From an uncultured Verrucomicrobiota bacterium (lineage in GTDB: Bacteria > Verrucomicrobiota > Kiritimatiellia > CAIQIC01 > JAGNIJ01), in NCBI GenBank assembly GCA_964617565.1, contig CAZTYH010000003.1, forward strand, positions 13,666 through 68,947: DNA of 55,282 bases. The letters are read 5' to 3'. The notes under the pieces are model-generated. The model made no database searches. It saw only the letters and a program-made list of their open reading frames with translations, and was not told the origin of the DNA. The translations under genes were made by a program, and so were the position numbers. Positions within the stretch are counted from its first letter, which is position 1. Every line of letters begins with the position of its first letter. Positions 8,868 to 20,202 of the stretch are shown here, in pieces.

Positions 8868-11800
8868 ATGAAGCATCTCGGGAGGACCGCATGGGGGCTT
8901 GGCATTGCGTCTCTGGTGTGCGCCTTGGTCGTATTTGCAGGGAGCGAAAAGAAGGCGGAACAACAAAACGTAGTAGATCCGTATGTCTACGCTGAATTCA
9001 TGTCCGCCGAAGTGGCGGACATCCGCGATTTAGGGGAGTTCTTTACCGAACAACAGGCTTTTTTTCTGCCGATGCTCCCGCCCGATCCCGATTTGGTTCT
9101 AAATCAAACCGCTCATCCACTTGTTCTGCCCTTCTCGTGGAAAGGTTTTTCGCCCGAGTTCAATCAGCATCTTGTTTTGGAGTACGAAAACAGCGTTCCC
9201 GTCTACCCGGTTACGATCCTCGAAGACCCTTTCACGCGCGAAACGGTATTCCTGAACTCGAAAGAAGAAAAGCTATTCATTCTCGCCCCTCTGTTCGGCT
9301 ACAATCCTTTTGCTTATCTTCGGTCCATTTTTCCGAGTCTTTACGCCGGACGCTATTCGTTCGATCAAATATCCTACTGGCAGAGCCTTTACGATCCGGC
9401 CCGGATACGGATTACGGCTAAACTGATCCCGACCGAATACGTGGAGCAGTATCTGTACGTTTCAGCGCGTGTTCAGGAAGAAGTCGCCCTTGCCGCCGCA
9501 ACACGCGATGACGGGGAATTGTTCCTGTTGCGGTCGGGGGAGTCGGAGAGCAACATTGTTTTTGAAGCGATCTCCATTACAAGCGGCGGAATTCGTCTTG
9601 TCATCGGCTATCCATCCGAGTTCACGAATCGGCTGGATGTGTACACGTGTAACGACCTTATGGAGTCTGTCTGGACTTTTGCCGTTAAGGAATTGTCCGT
9701 CATGGGGACCAATCGTATTATATGGACAGACACGAATCACTGGCTCCGCAGTGGCCCGCCCCTTCGATTCTATGTCGCCGGAAATGCAGAATTGGACACG
9801 GACGGCGACGGGTATGCGGACGCCCGCGAGTTGTTCGTCTACAAAACCGATCCTGAGGATTCCAATTCGCGGCCCGTACGCGTTTCAGGAGCTGTGAGCT
9901 ACAGCGGCATTGAAACAGGCGCTATCTTTGCATTGAGCACACACGATTCGGATGGCTGGTCTATCGCGCAATCGGTCGCATTGCCCGGCCCCGGTGGGTA
10001 CACCAATGACATCGCCATCAATCAAAGCTACTGGTTCAAAGCATTTTGCGATGTGAACAACAATTTTGTTTGGGACGAATGGGAGCCGCGCGGGTTATAC
10101 AGCGGCGGTTCGACACTCATCACTGGGGATACATCGGAGCTCAATATTACGGTGCAGGATCAACCGAGCATATGGGGAACGATTGATTACACCGGTTTGG
10201 CAACAGGCGATATCTGGGTTGTGGCGGTGAGTGAATCGAACAGTTGGGACACAACGTATCGTTGCGTGATCCCGTGGATCCAAGGGGGTGACCCGATGAC
10301 CGGCGGGGTCGTGTACGTGACTTTCCCGGTGAGTTTCTCGATTGACGGACTGCCTGCGTCGAACTACTGGATAAAAGCCTTTATTGATTCGGATGAGAAT
10401 GGGAATTATACGCATGGCGAGGATGCGGGTGTGTACTCCGCCCTCCCAATCCCTGTGAGCAATCGCGTTACCGGCGTTGACTTTACATTGGGAACCGATG
10501 CGGATAGCGATGGCATTCCGGATTGGTGGGAGATGCAGTATTTCGGTGGGCCGACCAACGCCGTCGCCGACGCGGATTCCGACAGCGACGGGTTGACGAA
10601 TAGTCAGGAATATCAGCACGGCACCGATCCGATCAACCCGGATACAGACGGCGATGGCATGGGTGACGGATGGGAAGTCGCATACGACCTCAATCCCCTT
10701 GATCCTTCGGACGCCATGAAGGACGCAGATGGTAACGGGTGGACCAACCTCGAAGAGCACGAAGGCGCAAGCAACCCTGTCGATCCGGATTCCATCCCAT
10801 TTCCGACTCTGTACGTGGACAGTACGGCGGGTAACGATGGGAATCCGGGAACCTTCAGCCAGCCATTCAAAACCATTCAGAGCGGCATTAATGACACTGT
10901 CAATGGAGACTGGTTGTTTATCAAGCCCGGCACTTATACGGGCACAAATAACGCAGGGCTATCTTATCACGGTAAATCCATCAAGTTGCGCTCCATGCTG
11001 AACGATGCGGAATCCGTGGTAATTGACGCGGAATCATCCGGTCGCGTGTTTTCATTCACTTCCGGCGAAACGACCAACGCACTGCTGCAAGGCGTTACAA
11101 TCAAAGGCGGCCTGGCCCAAAATGGCGCTGGTATTCTTTGCGTCACATCAAGTCCGACATTGCGCGGTCTAAAATTTATAGGACATGTCGCCCAAAATGG
11201 AGCGGCGATCTATCTCGAAGGATCAAGCCCCCTCATCGCCGATTGCCTGATCGCAAGCAATAGGGCATCGCAGATGGGCGGCGGCCTATACTCCACCTAT
11301 CACTCTGTTTATCTACAGCCCATTCCTCCCCGGTTTGCAAGCGTTGGTTCATCTCCCCAGATCGAGTGTTCGACGTTTTCTGGAAATCTGTCGCAGGGCG
11401 GCTCTGCGATCCTTCATACGGATCAACTGCGATTTTACACTTCTGTATTCGCAAAAACGAATCATTATATTGGTACAGCCAGTGTCGAGCGTTGTACATT
11501 TAAGGGTAATATAAGCCGGCAAAATGCGACTATTCAAAATATGAACAGTGGAAGCCTCGTTATTGAAAACTCGGTTATACTCAACAATATGGGGCGCGGG
11601 TTTTCCGTTTCGGAAGCTGAATTGCATATGCTGAATTGCACCATTGCTTACAATATTGCCAATGATGTAGCTTGTACTTATGAGCATATGGTAAATGGTG
11701 TGCCTGTTTTTGAAACCAATCTCATCGCGGGAGCCGCGGTTTTCTCAAGCCACATGCCTCTATCGGGATCAGAGCCGGACAGCGAAGGGTTTACCCGGAT

Positions 11801-13928
11801 CCGCAACAGCATAATATGGAATAATAATCCGAAGGAATGGCAGGTTTACAAGCAGTCTGGGGGCAGTGGTCCGGCGGCGATGATTCAAACCTCCTTGTAC
11901 GATCCGAACCCATCATCCTTTTTCGAGAGCAATTGTCCGGCTCATGCCACCTTGTCCGGGGTAATAACCAACGATCCACAGTTTGTGGCAAACAGCTTCC
12001 ACTTGCATCCGAATTCCCCGGCCATCGGCGCGGCGAACACAAATTGGGCGCCCACCATAGATATTCATGGTCAGGCCCGGCCATTTGGAGGTCTGGCAGA
12101 CATGGGCGCGGAGGAATTCGTCGATACAAATGCGAACGGCTTGCCGGACTGGTGGGAGACGCTTCATTACGGTGGACCGACCAATGCGACAGCTTCCGCC
12201 GATGATGATGGCGATAGTCTGACCAATATGGAGGAATATACATGGGGCGCAGATCCGCACAACGGGGATACCGATGACGATGGGCTCTCCGATGGTGATG
12301 AAGTCAGTATTCACAGCACCAACCCGCTGAATCCCGATACGGACGGTGACGGCATTCCCGACGGATGGGAAGCTCAACACGGCCTTGACCCGCTTGATCC
12401 GACAGACGCGAATTTTGACAGCGACAGTGACGGATTGACCGATTACGAAGAGTATCTGCTGGGCACCAATCCAAATCTTTGGGATACGGATGGCGACGGG
12501 ATATCAGACGGCAGCGAGGCGGATCAGGGATATGATCCTTTGGATCCGGGCAGCACCCCCGATGCAGAGTGGTTCATTGTAACCGGGGATCTGCAACAGA
12601 ATATTGTAAAAGAACGTAGCCGCACGATTCAGATTCCTGCCGGACGAGCTTGCCTCCTTGTTATTGGGGTGTACAGCGCAGAATATCCACAATGGACAGG
12701 CCAATCATCTCAGTATAACGATGTCCTTACTTGGAATATCCAGCCTTCGCAGGGGGAGACCGTTATCGGAAGCATCGATGTGAACAGTCGGCACACAGAA
12801 TGGCAACAGGGTACGAACATGCTCGGTTATGCGCCGGTTCATATCGAGCATGAGAGTATCATTGCGGCGCCAAGCAACACACCACTGACACTCGATCTCA
12901 CATTGTCGGCCAAGAATGTTGGGGACAACATTCTGCCCAGCACGGTCATGGTAGGGGTATACATTCTCAAAACGGACATCAAATGGGACGGTATCAATGG
13001 AGAGGCCTCGGCGAGTGGTGCGACAAACACCGTTAGCGCAGGCCATAATATTCGGCTGATTGGTTCTGCTGAACCATCTAGGATCACGTCATCTAATCAC
13101 CAGTGGACGGTAGCCGGCAAGGTGATCAAAGATTACTACATTGACTCGGGTATTTTGCCACAAGAAGGCTATATCATTCCGCTTACCGATACTACAACTC
13201 AGGCAATAAGCTACTACTGGGTTGACGGTAACACGAACGCTGGGGCAGGCAGTGTGTTTTCCGTAACCTACTCATGCGAAATGGCTGGCATTGCGTGCAG
13301 CGCAACAGCTTACTTCGATGTGAAAAGGCCTGTTGCGGAGATTTCGATCACAACCGGATACGCACTACTTAAAAACAGGTGGACTGACAACCATCCTTTA
13401 TTCACATTCGGTGAATACTCTGATGTGGGATCCACGAACCCTCCGGGGATGTTCTTTGCCAATGCTAATTTTTCTGCCCCTTGGGGTTTCGGTGATATAG
13501 AAAACTGCTTTTGGCTGCAGATAGTGGATAGCTGCTACGTCCGCGAAGTGACGGTATCAAACACCTTGGAAGAGGTGACGCGCGGACTTGACGGCGATGT
13601 ACATTATGGCAACTTCAGCGGGTATTCAGCCGAAGATTGTCCTGTCAATGTCCTTGGCGAGAATACGCACTCGCTCTACGAAGAACTGAACGCAACGATG
13701 TACTTGATGTTTGAACCTAATCCGATCGATGCGGGAGCCGCATCAGTGCCGATTCCCCTCCGCAAGATCTCTTGGCGTTGGCAGGGCGTGGTAACGAACA
13801 TCCATCCATACGCACCCAATTGGCAAAACGTCACGAATTGGGCAATTGAAGTCGATGCACCGTGGCAAGGTCCTGAGACGGACACGACGGATCATCCGAC
13901 ATGGACTACTAACAGCATGGGAGGTTGA
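8868..13928 (+). CDS. Giant secreted protein with an N-terminal beta-sandwich, a Pmp-like right-handed beta-helix, two TSP3 acidic repeat blocks and an unrecognised C-terminal module
   Basis: Signal peptide is MKHLGRTAWGLGIASLVCALVVFAG. The beta-helix region (LYVDSTAGNDGNPG...KPGTY) carries repeated NGAGILC, NGAAIYL and MGGGLYS motifs. DxDxDG-rich blocks lie at 10494-10793 and 12123-12555. The last ~460 aa match no family I recognise. Confidence 0.85.
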   Translation: MKHLGRTAWGLGIASLVCALVVFAGSEKKAEQQNVVDPYVYAEFMSAEVADIRDLGEFFTEQQAFFLPMLPPDPDLVLNQTAHPLVLPFSWKGFSPEFNQHLVLEYENSVPVYPVTILEDPFTRETVFLNSKEEKLFILAPLFGYNPFAYLRSIFPSLYAGRYSFDQISYWQSLYDPARIRITAKLIPTEYVEQYLYVSARVQEEVALAAATRDDGELFLLRSGESESNIVFEAISITSGGIRLVIGYPSEFTNRLDVYTCNDLMESVWTFAVKELSVMGTNRIIWTDTNHWLRSGPPLRFYVAGNAELDTDGDGYADARELFVYKTDPEDSNSRPVRVSGAVSYSGIETGAIFALSTHDSDGWSIAQSVALPGPGGYTNDIAINQSYWFKAFCDVNNNFVWDEWEPRGLYSGGSTLITGDTSELNITVQDQPSIWGTIDYTGLATGDIWVVAVSESNSWDTTYRCVIPWIQGGDPMTGGVVYVTFPVSFSIDGLPASNYWIKAFIDSDENGNYTHGEDAGVYSALPIPVSNRVTGVDFTLGTDADSDGIPDWWEMQYFGGPTNAVADADSDSDGLTNSQEYQHGTDPINPDTDGDGMGDGWEVAYDLNPLDPSDAMKDADGNGWTNLEEHEGASNPVDPDSIPFPTLYVDSTAGNDGNPGTFSQPFKTIQSGINDTVNGDWLFIKPGTYTGTNNAGLSYHGKSIKLRSMLNDAESVVIDAESSGRVFSFTSGETTNALLQGVTIKGGLAQNGAGILCVTSSPTLRGLKFIGHVAQNGAAIYLEGSSPLIADCLIASNRASQMGGGLYSTYHSVYLQPIPPRFASVGSSPQIECSTFSGNLSQGGSAILHTDQLRFYTSVFAKTNHYIGTASVERCTFKGNISRQNATIQNMNSGSLVIENSVILNNMGRGFSVSEAELHMLNCTIAYNIANDVACTYEHMVNGVPVFETNLIAGAAVFSSHMPLSGSEPDSEGFTRIRNSIIWNNNPKEWQVYKQSGGSGPAAMIQTSLYDPNPSSFFESNCPAHATLSGVITNDPQFVANSFHLHPNSPAIGAANTNWAPTIDIHGQARPFGGLADMGAEEFVDTNANGLPDWWETLHYGGPTNATASADDDGDSLTNMEEYTWGADPHNGDTDDDGLSDGDEVSIHSTNPLNPDTDGDGIPDGWEAQHGLDPLDPTDANFDSDSDGLTDYEEYLLGTNPNLWDTDGDGISDGSEADQGYDPLDPGSTPDAEWFIVTGDLQQNIVKERSRTIQIPAGRACLLVIGVYSAEYPQWTGQSSQYNDVLTWNIQPSQGETVIGSIDVNSRHTEWQQGTNMLGYAPVHIEHESIIAAPSNTPLTLDLTLSAKNVGDNILPSTVMVGVYILKTDIKWDGINGEASASGATNTVSAGHNIRLIGSAEPSRITSSNHQWTVAGKVIKDYYIDSGILPQEGYIIPLTDTTTQAISYYWVDGNTNAGAGSVFSVTYSCEMAGIACSATAYFDVKRPVAEISITTGYALLKNRWTDNHPLFTFGEYSDVGSTNPPGMFFANANFSAPWGFGDIENCFWLQIVDSCYVREVTVSNTLEEVTRGLDGDVHYGNFSGYSAEDCPVNVLGENTHSLYEELNATMYLMFEPNPIDAGAASVPIPLRKISWRWQGVVTNIHPYAPNWQNVTNWAIEVDAPWQGPETDTTDHPTWTTNSMGG
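10494..10793 (+). repeat. Thrombospondin type-3-like Ca-binding acidic repeats, block 1
   Basis: Reads DADSDGIPDWWEMQYFGG...DSDSDGLTNSQEYQHGTDPINPDTDGDGMGDGWE...DADGNGWTNLEE. Confidence 0.75.
12123..12555 (+). repeat. Thrombospondin type-3-like Ca-binding acidic repeats, block 2
   Basis: Reads DTNANGLPDWWETLHYGG...DDDGDSLTNMEEY...DTDDDGLSDGDE...DTDGDGIPDGWE...DSDSDGLTDYEEY...DTDGDGISDGSE. Confidence 0.75.
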
Positions 13929-13931
13929 GCG

Positions 13932-14492
13932 ATGTCGAAATCAAGAATACAAAAGCCATTAAATGTAATCCTGGCGGGTTTTTTTGGTGTATGCAGCGGG
14001 ATTTCTTTTGCGGCCTCTGGAGAACCAGTGTCGAGTTGTGGCGTCGTCACCAACGGTCTTCAGGTATGTATTTCTCTATCTAGCAGCGAATTTGCCGCGA
14101 TAGAGCCGATCATTGTCGACCTCATTGTCAGCAATAGTTCTGAAAAGGCGTTCATGATCGCTGTCGGACGTCCGGAATGGGTTTGTGATATCGAAGTGAT
14201 GCAAGTAGGTGAGGGGAAGATTGCTCAAACTCGGTTTGGCGTGAATGCTGCGCAGAGCATAAGGCGTGCGAATCCGAAGCCATGGCTGCTAAAGCCTGGA
14301 GAATGCCGGCATGATCCGATTCTCCTGAACCGGTATTTTGACATGAGCGTGGCCGGAATATATCGCGTGTCTATAACGAGACGGCTGAGCATGCCCAGTG
14401 CAAGCCAAGGCGTTATCGCCAACTCAGGAGATGTGGAAATCCGCGTTATAGATGAAGTGCCAGGAGGAAGGTCGGCGTGGGGTGGAGAGTAG
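13932..14492 (+). CDS. Small secreted protein of unknown function, translationally coupled to the giant gene
   Basis: Sec-type signal peptide is MSKSRIQKPLNVILAGFFGVCSGISFAAS. Its GGGAGG Shine-Dalgarno lies within the last codons of the giant gene (atgggaggttga). The gap between the two genes is 3 nt. Confidence 0.7.
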   Translation: MSKSRIQKPLNVILAGFFGVCSGISFAASGEPVSSCGVVTNGLQVCISLSSSEFAAIEPIIVDLIVSNSSEKAFMIAVGRPEWVCDIEVMQVGEGKIAQTRFGVNAAQSIRRANPKPWLLKPGECRHDPILLNRYFDMSVAGIYRVSITRRLSMPSASQGVIANSGDVEIRVIDEVPGGRSAWGGE

Positions 14493-14589
14493 TGTATGGG
14501 GTCATTGAAGCGTCATCCATCTTTCCTGCTGCAGAACAGCCCCCTACACGTATCAGGTCTACGGGGATGATCCAGTGACGGAGGTCCTT

Positions 14590-15112
14590 ATGAAGTATCT
14601 TCTTTTTTGTGCTATTGCCATGCGCTGTAATGAATAATGCCGCAGCCATGGATTCCATTGTGTCGCAGACCAACAATCAGCCTGCCGTCAGTTTCACTAC
14701 CGCTATCAGCAAGTCTACCGCTAATACAATGGAACCCATCGTGCTGTCAGCCGTCGTCTAAAACATATCTACAAATGATATCCGAATCGCTCTAACGCAT
14801 AAGCATCTCGATTGTGCCGTTATTGTGCGGAATGAACGCGGCGAGATCGTCCCCCCGACCAGATACAATCAGGCCGTTTTGAAGATGATCCAACGTTCAG
14901 GCACATATGTGCGCACACTCAAGTCGGGCGAATCTTATACCTTCGCGATCCCGATCGATTTGCTTTATGATATGAGCGTGCCCGAAAAGTATTTCGTGAG
15001 CGCTGTAATGAATGTTTCCTTCGACCGTGGCGGTGAGCGGGCAAGCGCTGAGCTCCGTTCAGCGGAACAGCAAGTTCTTATTCGCCGTATGGACGGAGTC
15101 GGAGAACAGTAA
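14590..15112 (+). pseudogene. Disrupted tandem paralog of the 13932-14492 gene
   Basis: ATG 14590 has a GGAGG Shine-Dalgarno and encodes MKYLLF. The frame then breaks in a T6 run (14603-14608). Deleting one T would restore MKYLLFVLLPCAVMNNAAAMDSIVSQ. An in-frame TAA sits at 14759-14761. The downstream part (the 14825-15112 ORF) aligns with the C-terminal half of the upstream paralog (EPIVLSAVV*NIS versus EPIIVDLIVSNSS). Confidence 0.6.
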
Positions 15113-15147
15113 GCGTAGTTGTTTATTCGCGTGAGGTTGCGGTAGAG

Positions 15148-15771
15148 ATGATACTGATTATCTTCGGGATTCCGTTTTTATTGTGTCTGCTCGTGAGCAT
15201 GACGGCGGCGCGGGCCGGCGTTTGGTGTCGGGCCCTTTTCAAGTTCTATGCCGGTATGTTGGGCGCAGCCCTCCTTGTCGAACGATTCTGGACACTGCTT
15301 CTCGGAGATCGCTTCGAAAAACCGGCGTATCTTTTTGTGATGTTGTTATTTGTCTGCGGGACGCTGATTTTCGTGGACGCAAGAAGGCTTGCGCAGGAGC
15401 CTGTGGATGTCGAAACAAAGAGAAGCCACCTGATCCTTTCCGCATTATCCGTTGAGGGACTGATCTTTGCGCTCTTCTCAGCTTTATTGCTTTTCGGTGG
15501 TACGTGGGCAAGGCTTTGCTGGGAAGCAGGCGCACAAAGGTCTGGCCAATATATCCGAGGCGGGGGGACAGTGATATTTTTTCACGGCTTCATAGCTGTG
15601 CTGCTTCCCCTGGCAGTACTCGTTTCTGCTGTTGGATGTTTCCTGAAGCGAAAACATCTGTTTCGAGAACAGGTGAAAGCGTTAGTCAATCCGTCTCCAA
15701 AGAAGCTTCATCCGGCTTTGGCGCTGTTGATCCTTATTCTGTTCTTCTGCCTGGTCGAATTTCTTCTGTGA
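15148..15771 (+). CDS. Polytopic membrane protein of unknown function
   Basis: 207 aa with about six hydrophobic segments. I recognise no family motifs. Confidence 0.6.
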   Translation: MILIIFGIPFLLCLLVSMTAARAGVWCRALFKFYAGMLGAALLVERFWTLLLGDRFEKPAYLFVMLLFVCGTLIFVDARRLAQEPVDVETKRSHLILSALSVEGLIFALFSALLLFGGTWARLCWEAGAQRSGQYIRGGGTVIFFHGFIAVLLPLAVLVSAVGCFLKRKHLFREQVKALVNPSPKKLHPALALLILILFFCLVEFLL

Positions 15772-15788
15772 TGGCTGCTGGTGGCGGG

Positions 15789-16808
15789 TCAGGCCGATTT
15801 GTCTCCAAGAGCCTCGTGCAGTTCGCGACGCACGGCCTCTCGTGCGCCGGCAGGGCGAGCGAGAAACAGGATGCCACCGAACAGGCTCCAGAGCACCCCG
15901 TCCGCATAGACCATCAACGATAGCAGCATGGCCTGATCAGGCGTTGCGCCCACCGTGCCGAACATCGTCACGAACAAGCTTTCGCGCAAGCCGAGGCTGC
16001 CGGGCGTGATAGGGATTGCAGCAATTACCGTGATGATTGGGAACAGCGTGAAGTAGTCAACGACCGGGATGGATAGTTCCAGGCTGATGCCGAAGCAGAT
16101 GCAGGCGAGCGTCAGGAACAGAAGGTTCAGCAGGGAATAGAACAAAGCGCCCGCGAGGACCTGCCGCTTGCCGCGGTAAAGATAGAAAGCTTCGTACGTG
16201 CGGCGGATCAGGGGGCCGAAGCGGGTGTCGCGCTCCAATCGCTGAAAGAACGTCCATTGTTCAAATAGGTTACGCCGGAAGATCGCTGCAATCGCGGCGA
16301 GCGATGCGGCAAGAAAGGCGAACATCAGTAACCCCGGCCCGCGGTTCACGGGAAAGCGGCGGAACAGCGGGATCTGCAACAGGATCATGACACAGCCGAA
16401 GACGATGGTGACGAACAGTCCGATCGCCCGGTCCACGAAAACGGTTGAGGCCGCTTCCGCGCGTCTTCCGGGCGCGTTCCGGCATATGCACACGGCGCGC
16501 GCGACATCGCCGCCGCAGGCGCCCAGCATGAAAGCGTTGAAGAACTGGCCGATAAAGAAGTAATTGAAGACGGAACCGGCGGATGGCGTAAAGCCCTGTG
16601 CCAAAAGAATCCGGTGCCAGCGAATCGCGCCGGTTCCCAGTCCGACGAAGGTTAACACCACCCCCAGTAGCACCCACGGCCAGCGACCGGTGATGGATTG
16701 AAGGGCGGCGAGTACGTCCGAGGCCTCGACCCGGTGGATGATGTAGGCCATGAGACCGATCGCGAGGCCAATTCTGAGCAGATTCACGATGATTCGACGT
16801 GAGCTCAT
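15789..16808 (-). CDS. Flippase-like membrane protein with a lysylphosphatidylglycerol-synthase-type transmembrane region (UPF0104)
   Basis: 339 aa and polytopic. The N-terminus (RIGLAIGLMAYIIHRV...AIRWHRILLAQG) is typical of PF03706-type proteins. Confidence 0.6.
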   Translation of the reverse strand: MSSRRIIVNLLRIGLAIGLMAYIIHRVEASDVLAALQSITGRWPWVLLGVVLTFVGLGTGAIRWHRILLAQGFTPSAGSVFNYFFIGQFFNAFMLGACGGDVARAVCICRNAPGRRAEAASTVFVDRAIGLFVTIVFGCVMILLQIPLFRRFPVNRGPGLLMFAFLAASLAAIAAIFRRNLFEQWTFFQRLERDTRFGPLIRRTYEAFYLYRGKRQVLAGALFYSLLNLLFLTLACICFGISLELSIPVVDYFTLFPIITVIAAIPITPGSLGLRESLFVTMFGTVGATPDQAMLLSLMVYADGVLWSLFGGILFLARPAGAREAVRRELHEALGDKSA

Positions 16809-16819
16809 AGCCGTGTCTG

Positions 16820-19690
<2,871 letters not shown>

Positions 19691-19698
19691 ATTTATTC

Positions 19699-19732
19699 AA
19701 AACAATCGGCCCGGCGGATGATCCGCCGGGCC
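19699..19732 (-). terminator. Rho-independent terminator after rpsU
   Basis: On the minus strand GGCCCGGCGGA-TCA-TCCGCCGGGCC forms an 11-bp stem (19708-19732). It is followed by GATTGTTTT. The terminator ends only about 8 nt before the ATG of the TIM-barrel gene. Confidence 0.65.
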
Positions 19733-19832
19733 GCCGTGTTCATTCCAGATCATTTTTCGTCATGCGCCATGATTTCATGCCTGCCCGTTTTGAAAGCGGG
19801 CGCCGGCGCATCCATGATGCATGTCGAAAAGG

Positions 19833-20018
19833 TTAAAACTGCATTGAGCGAAGCCGCGCTCTTGCTGCCTTGCGCCTTCGCTTTTCGCTTGGTTTCTCGA
19901 AATGCCGATGGGCCCGGATCTCCCGCATGATGCCTTCCTTGTCCAATTTCTTCTTCAAGCGGCGAAGAGCCTTGTCCACGGACTCGCCTTTTCTGATTTT
20001 GACTTCAGCGACTACCAG
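19833..20018 (-). CDS. rpsU: 30S ribosomal protein S21
   Basis: Not in the ORF track. The minus-strand translation is (L)[60 protein letters not shown]. It aligns well with the E. coli S21 core ALRRFKR...EKP..ER. No ATG, GTG or TTG lies in frame between the upstream TGA and the conserved core, so a CTG at 20016-20018 is the candidate start. An AAGGGAG Shine-Dalgarno lies upstream. Confidence 0.75.
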   Translation of the reverse strand: MVVAEVKIRKGESVDKALRRLKKKLDKEGIMREIRAHRHFEKPSEKRRRKAARARLRSMQF

Positions 20019-20088
20019 AGTAAATCACGCTCCCTTCTGCTTTTCGGCCAACTCGGCCCGGAGGCGGAGGTGGCTCTCAAGACCGCAC

Positions 20089-20117
20089 ACGCTAAAGAAA
20101 GTGGGTGGGGTTGTCAA
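20089..20117 (-). promoter_or_regulatory. sigma70-type promoter candidate for rpsU (TTGACA-N17-TAGCGT)
   Basis: On the minus strand TTGACA is the complement of 20112-20117 and TAGCGT is the complement of 20089-20094. The spacer is 17 nt. Confidence 0.35.
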
Positions 20118-20202
20118 TGGAAACCCGAGTTGCCGGAAGCCGCGATCCGGGCCGGAAAAAGCCTGACCGGACGTGGAAATCCTTAGAAAAGCGCCTGCAG
20201 CC

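Noticed and set aside
8092-8871. 259-aa ORF spanning the M50 gene and the downstream intergenic region.
   Set aside because: It is an out-of-frame overlap with the HExxH protease gene, and its 3' part crosses the hairpin/T8 element. It has no recognisable motifs.
10494-12555. Possibility that the repeated acidic DxDxDG-coding segments are a DNA-level tandem repeat or a CRISPR-like array.
   Set aside because: The repeats are degenerate at the nucleotide level, in frame and inside a long ORF. They have no constant repeat/spacer periodicity and are protein-level TSP3 motifs.
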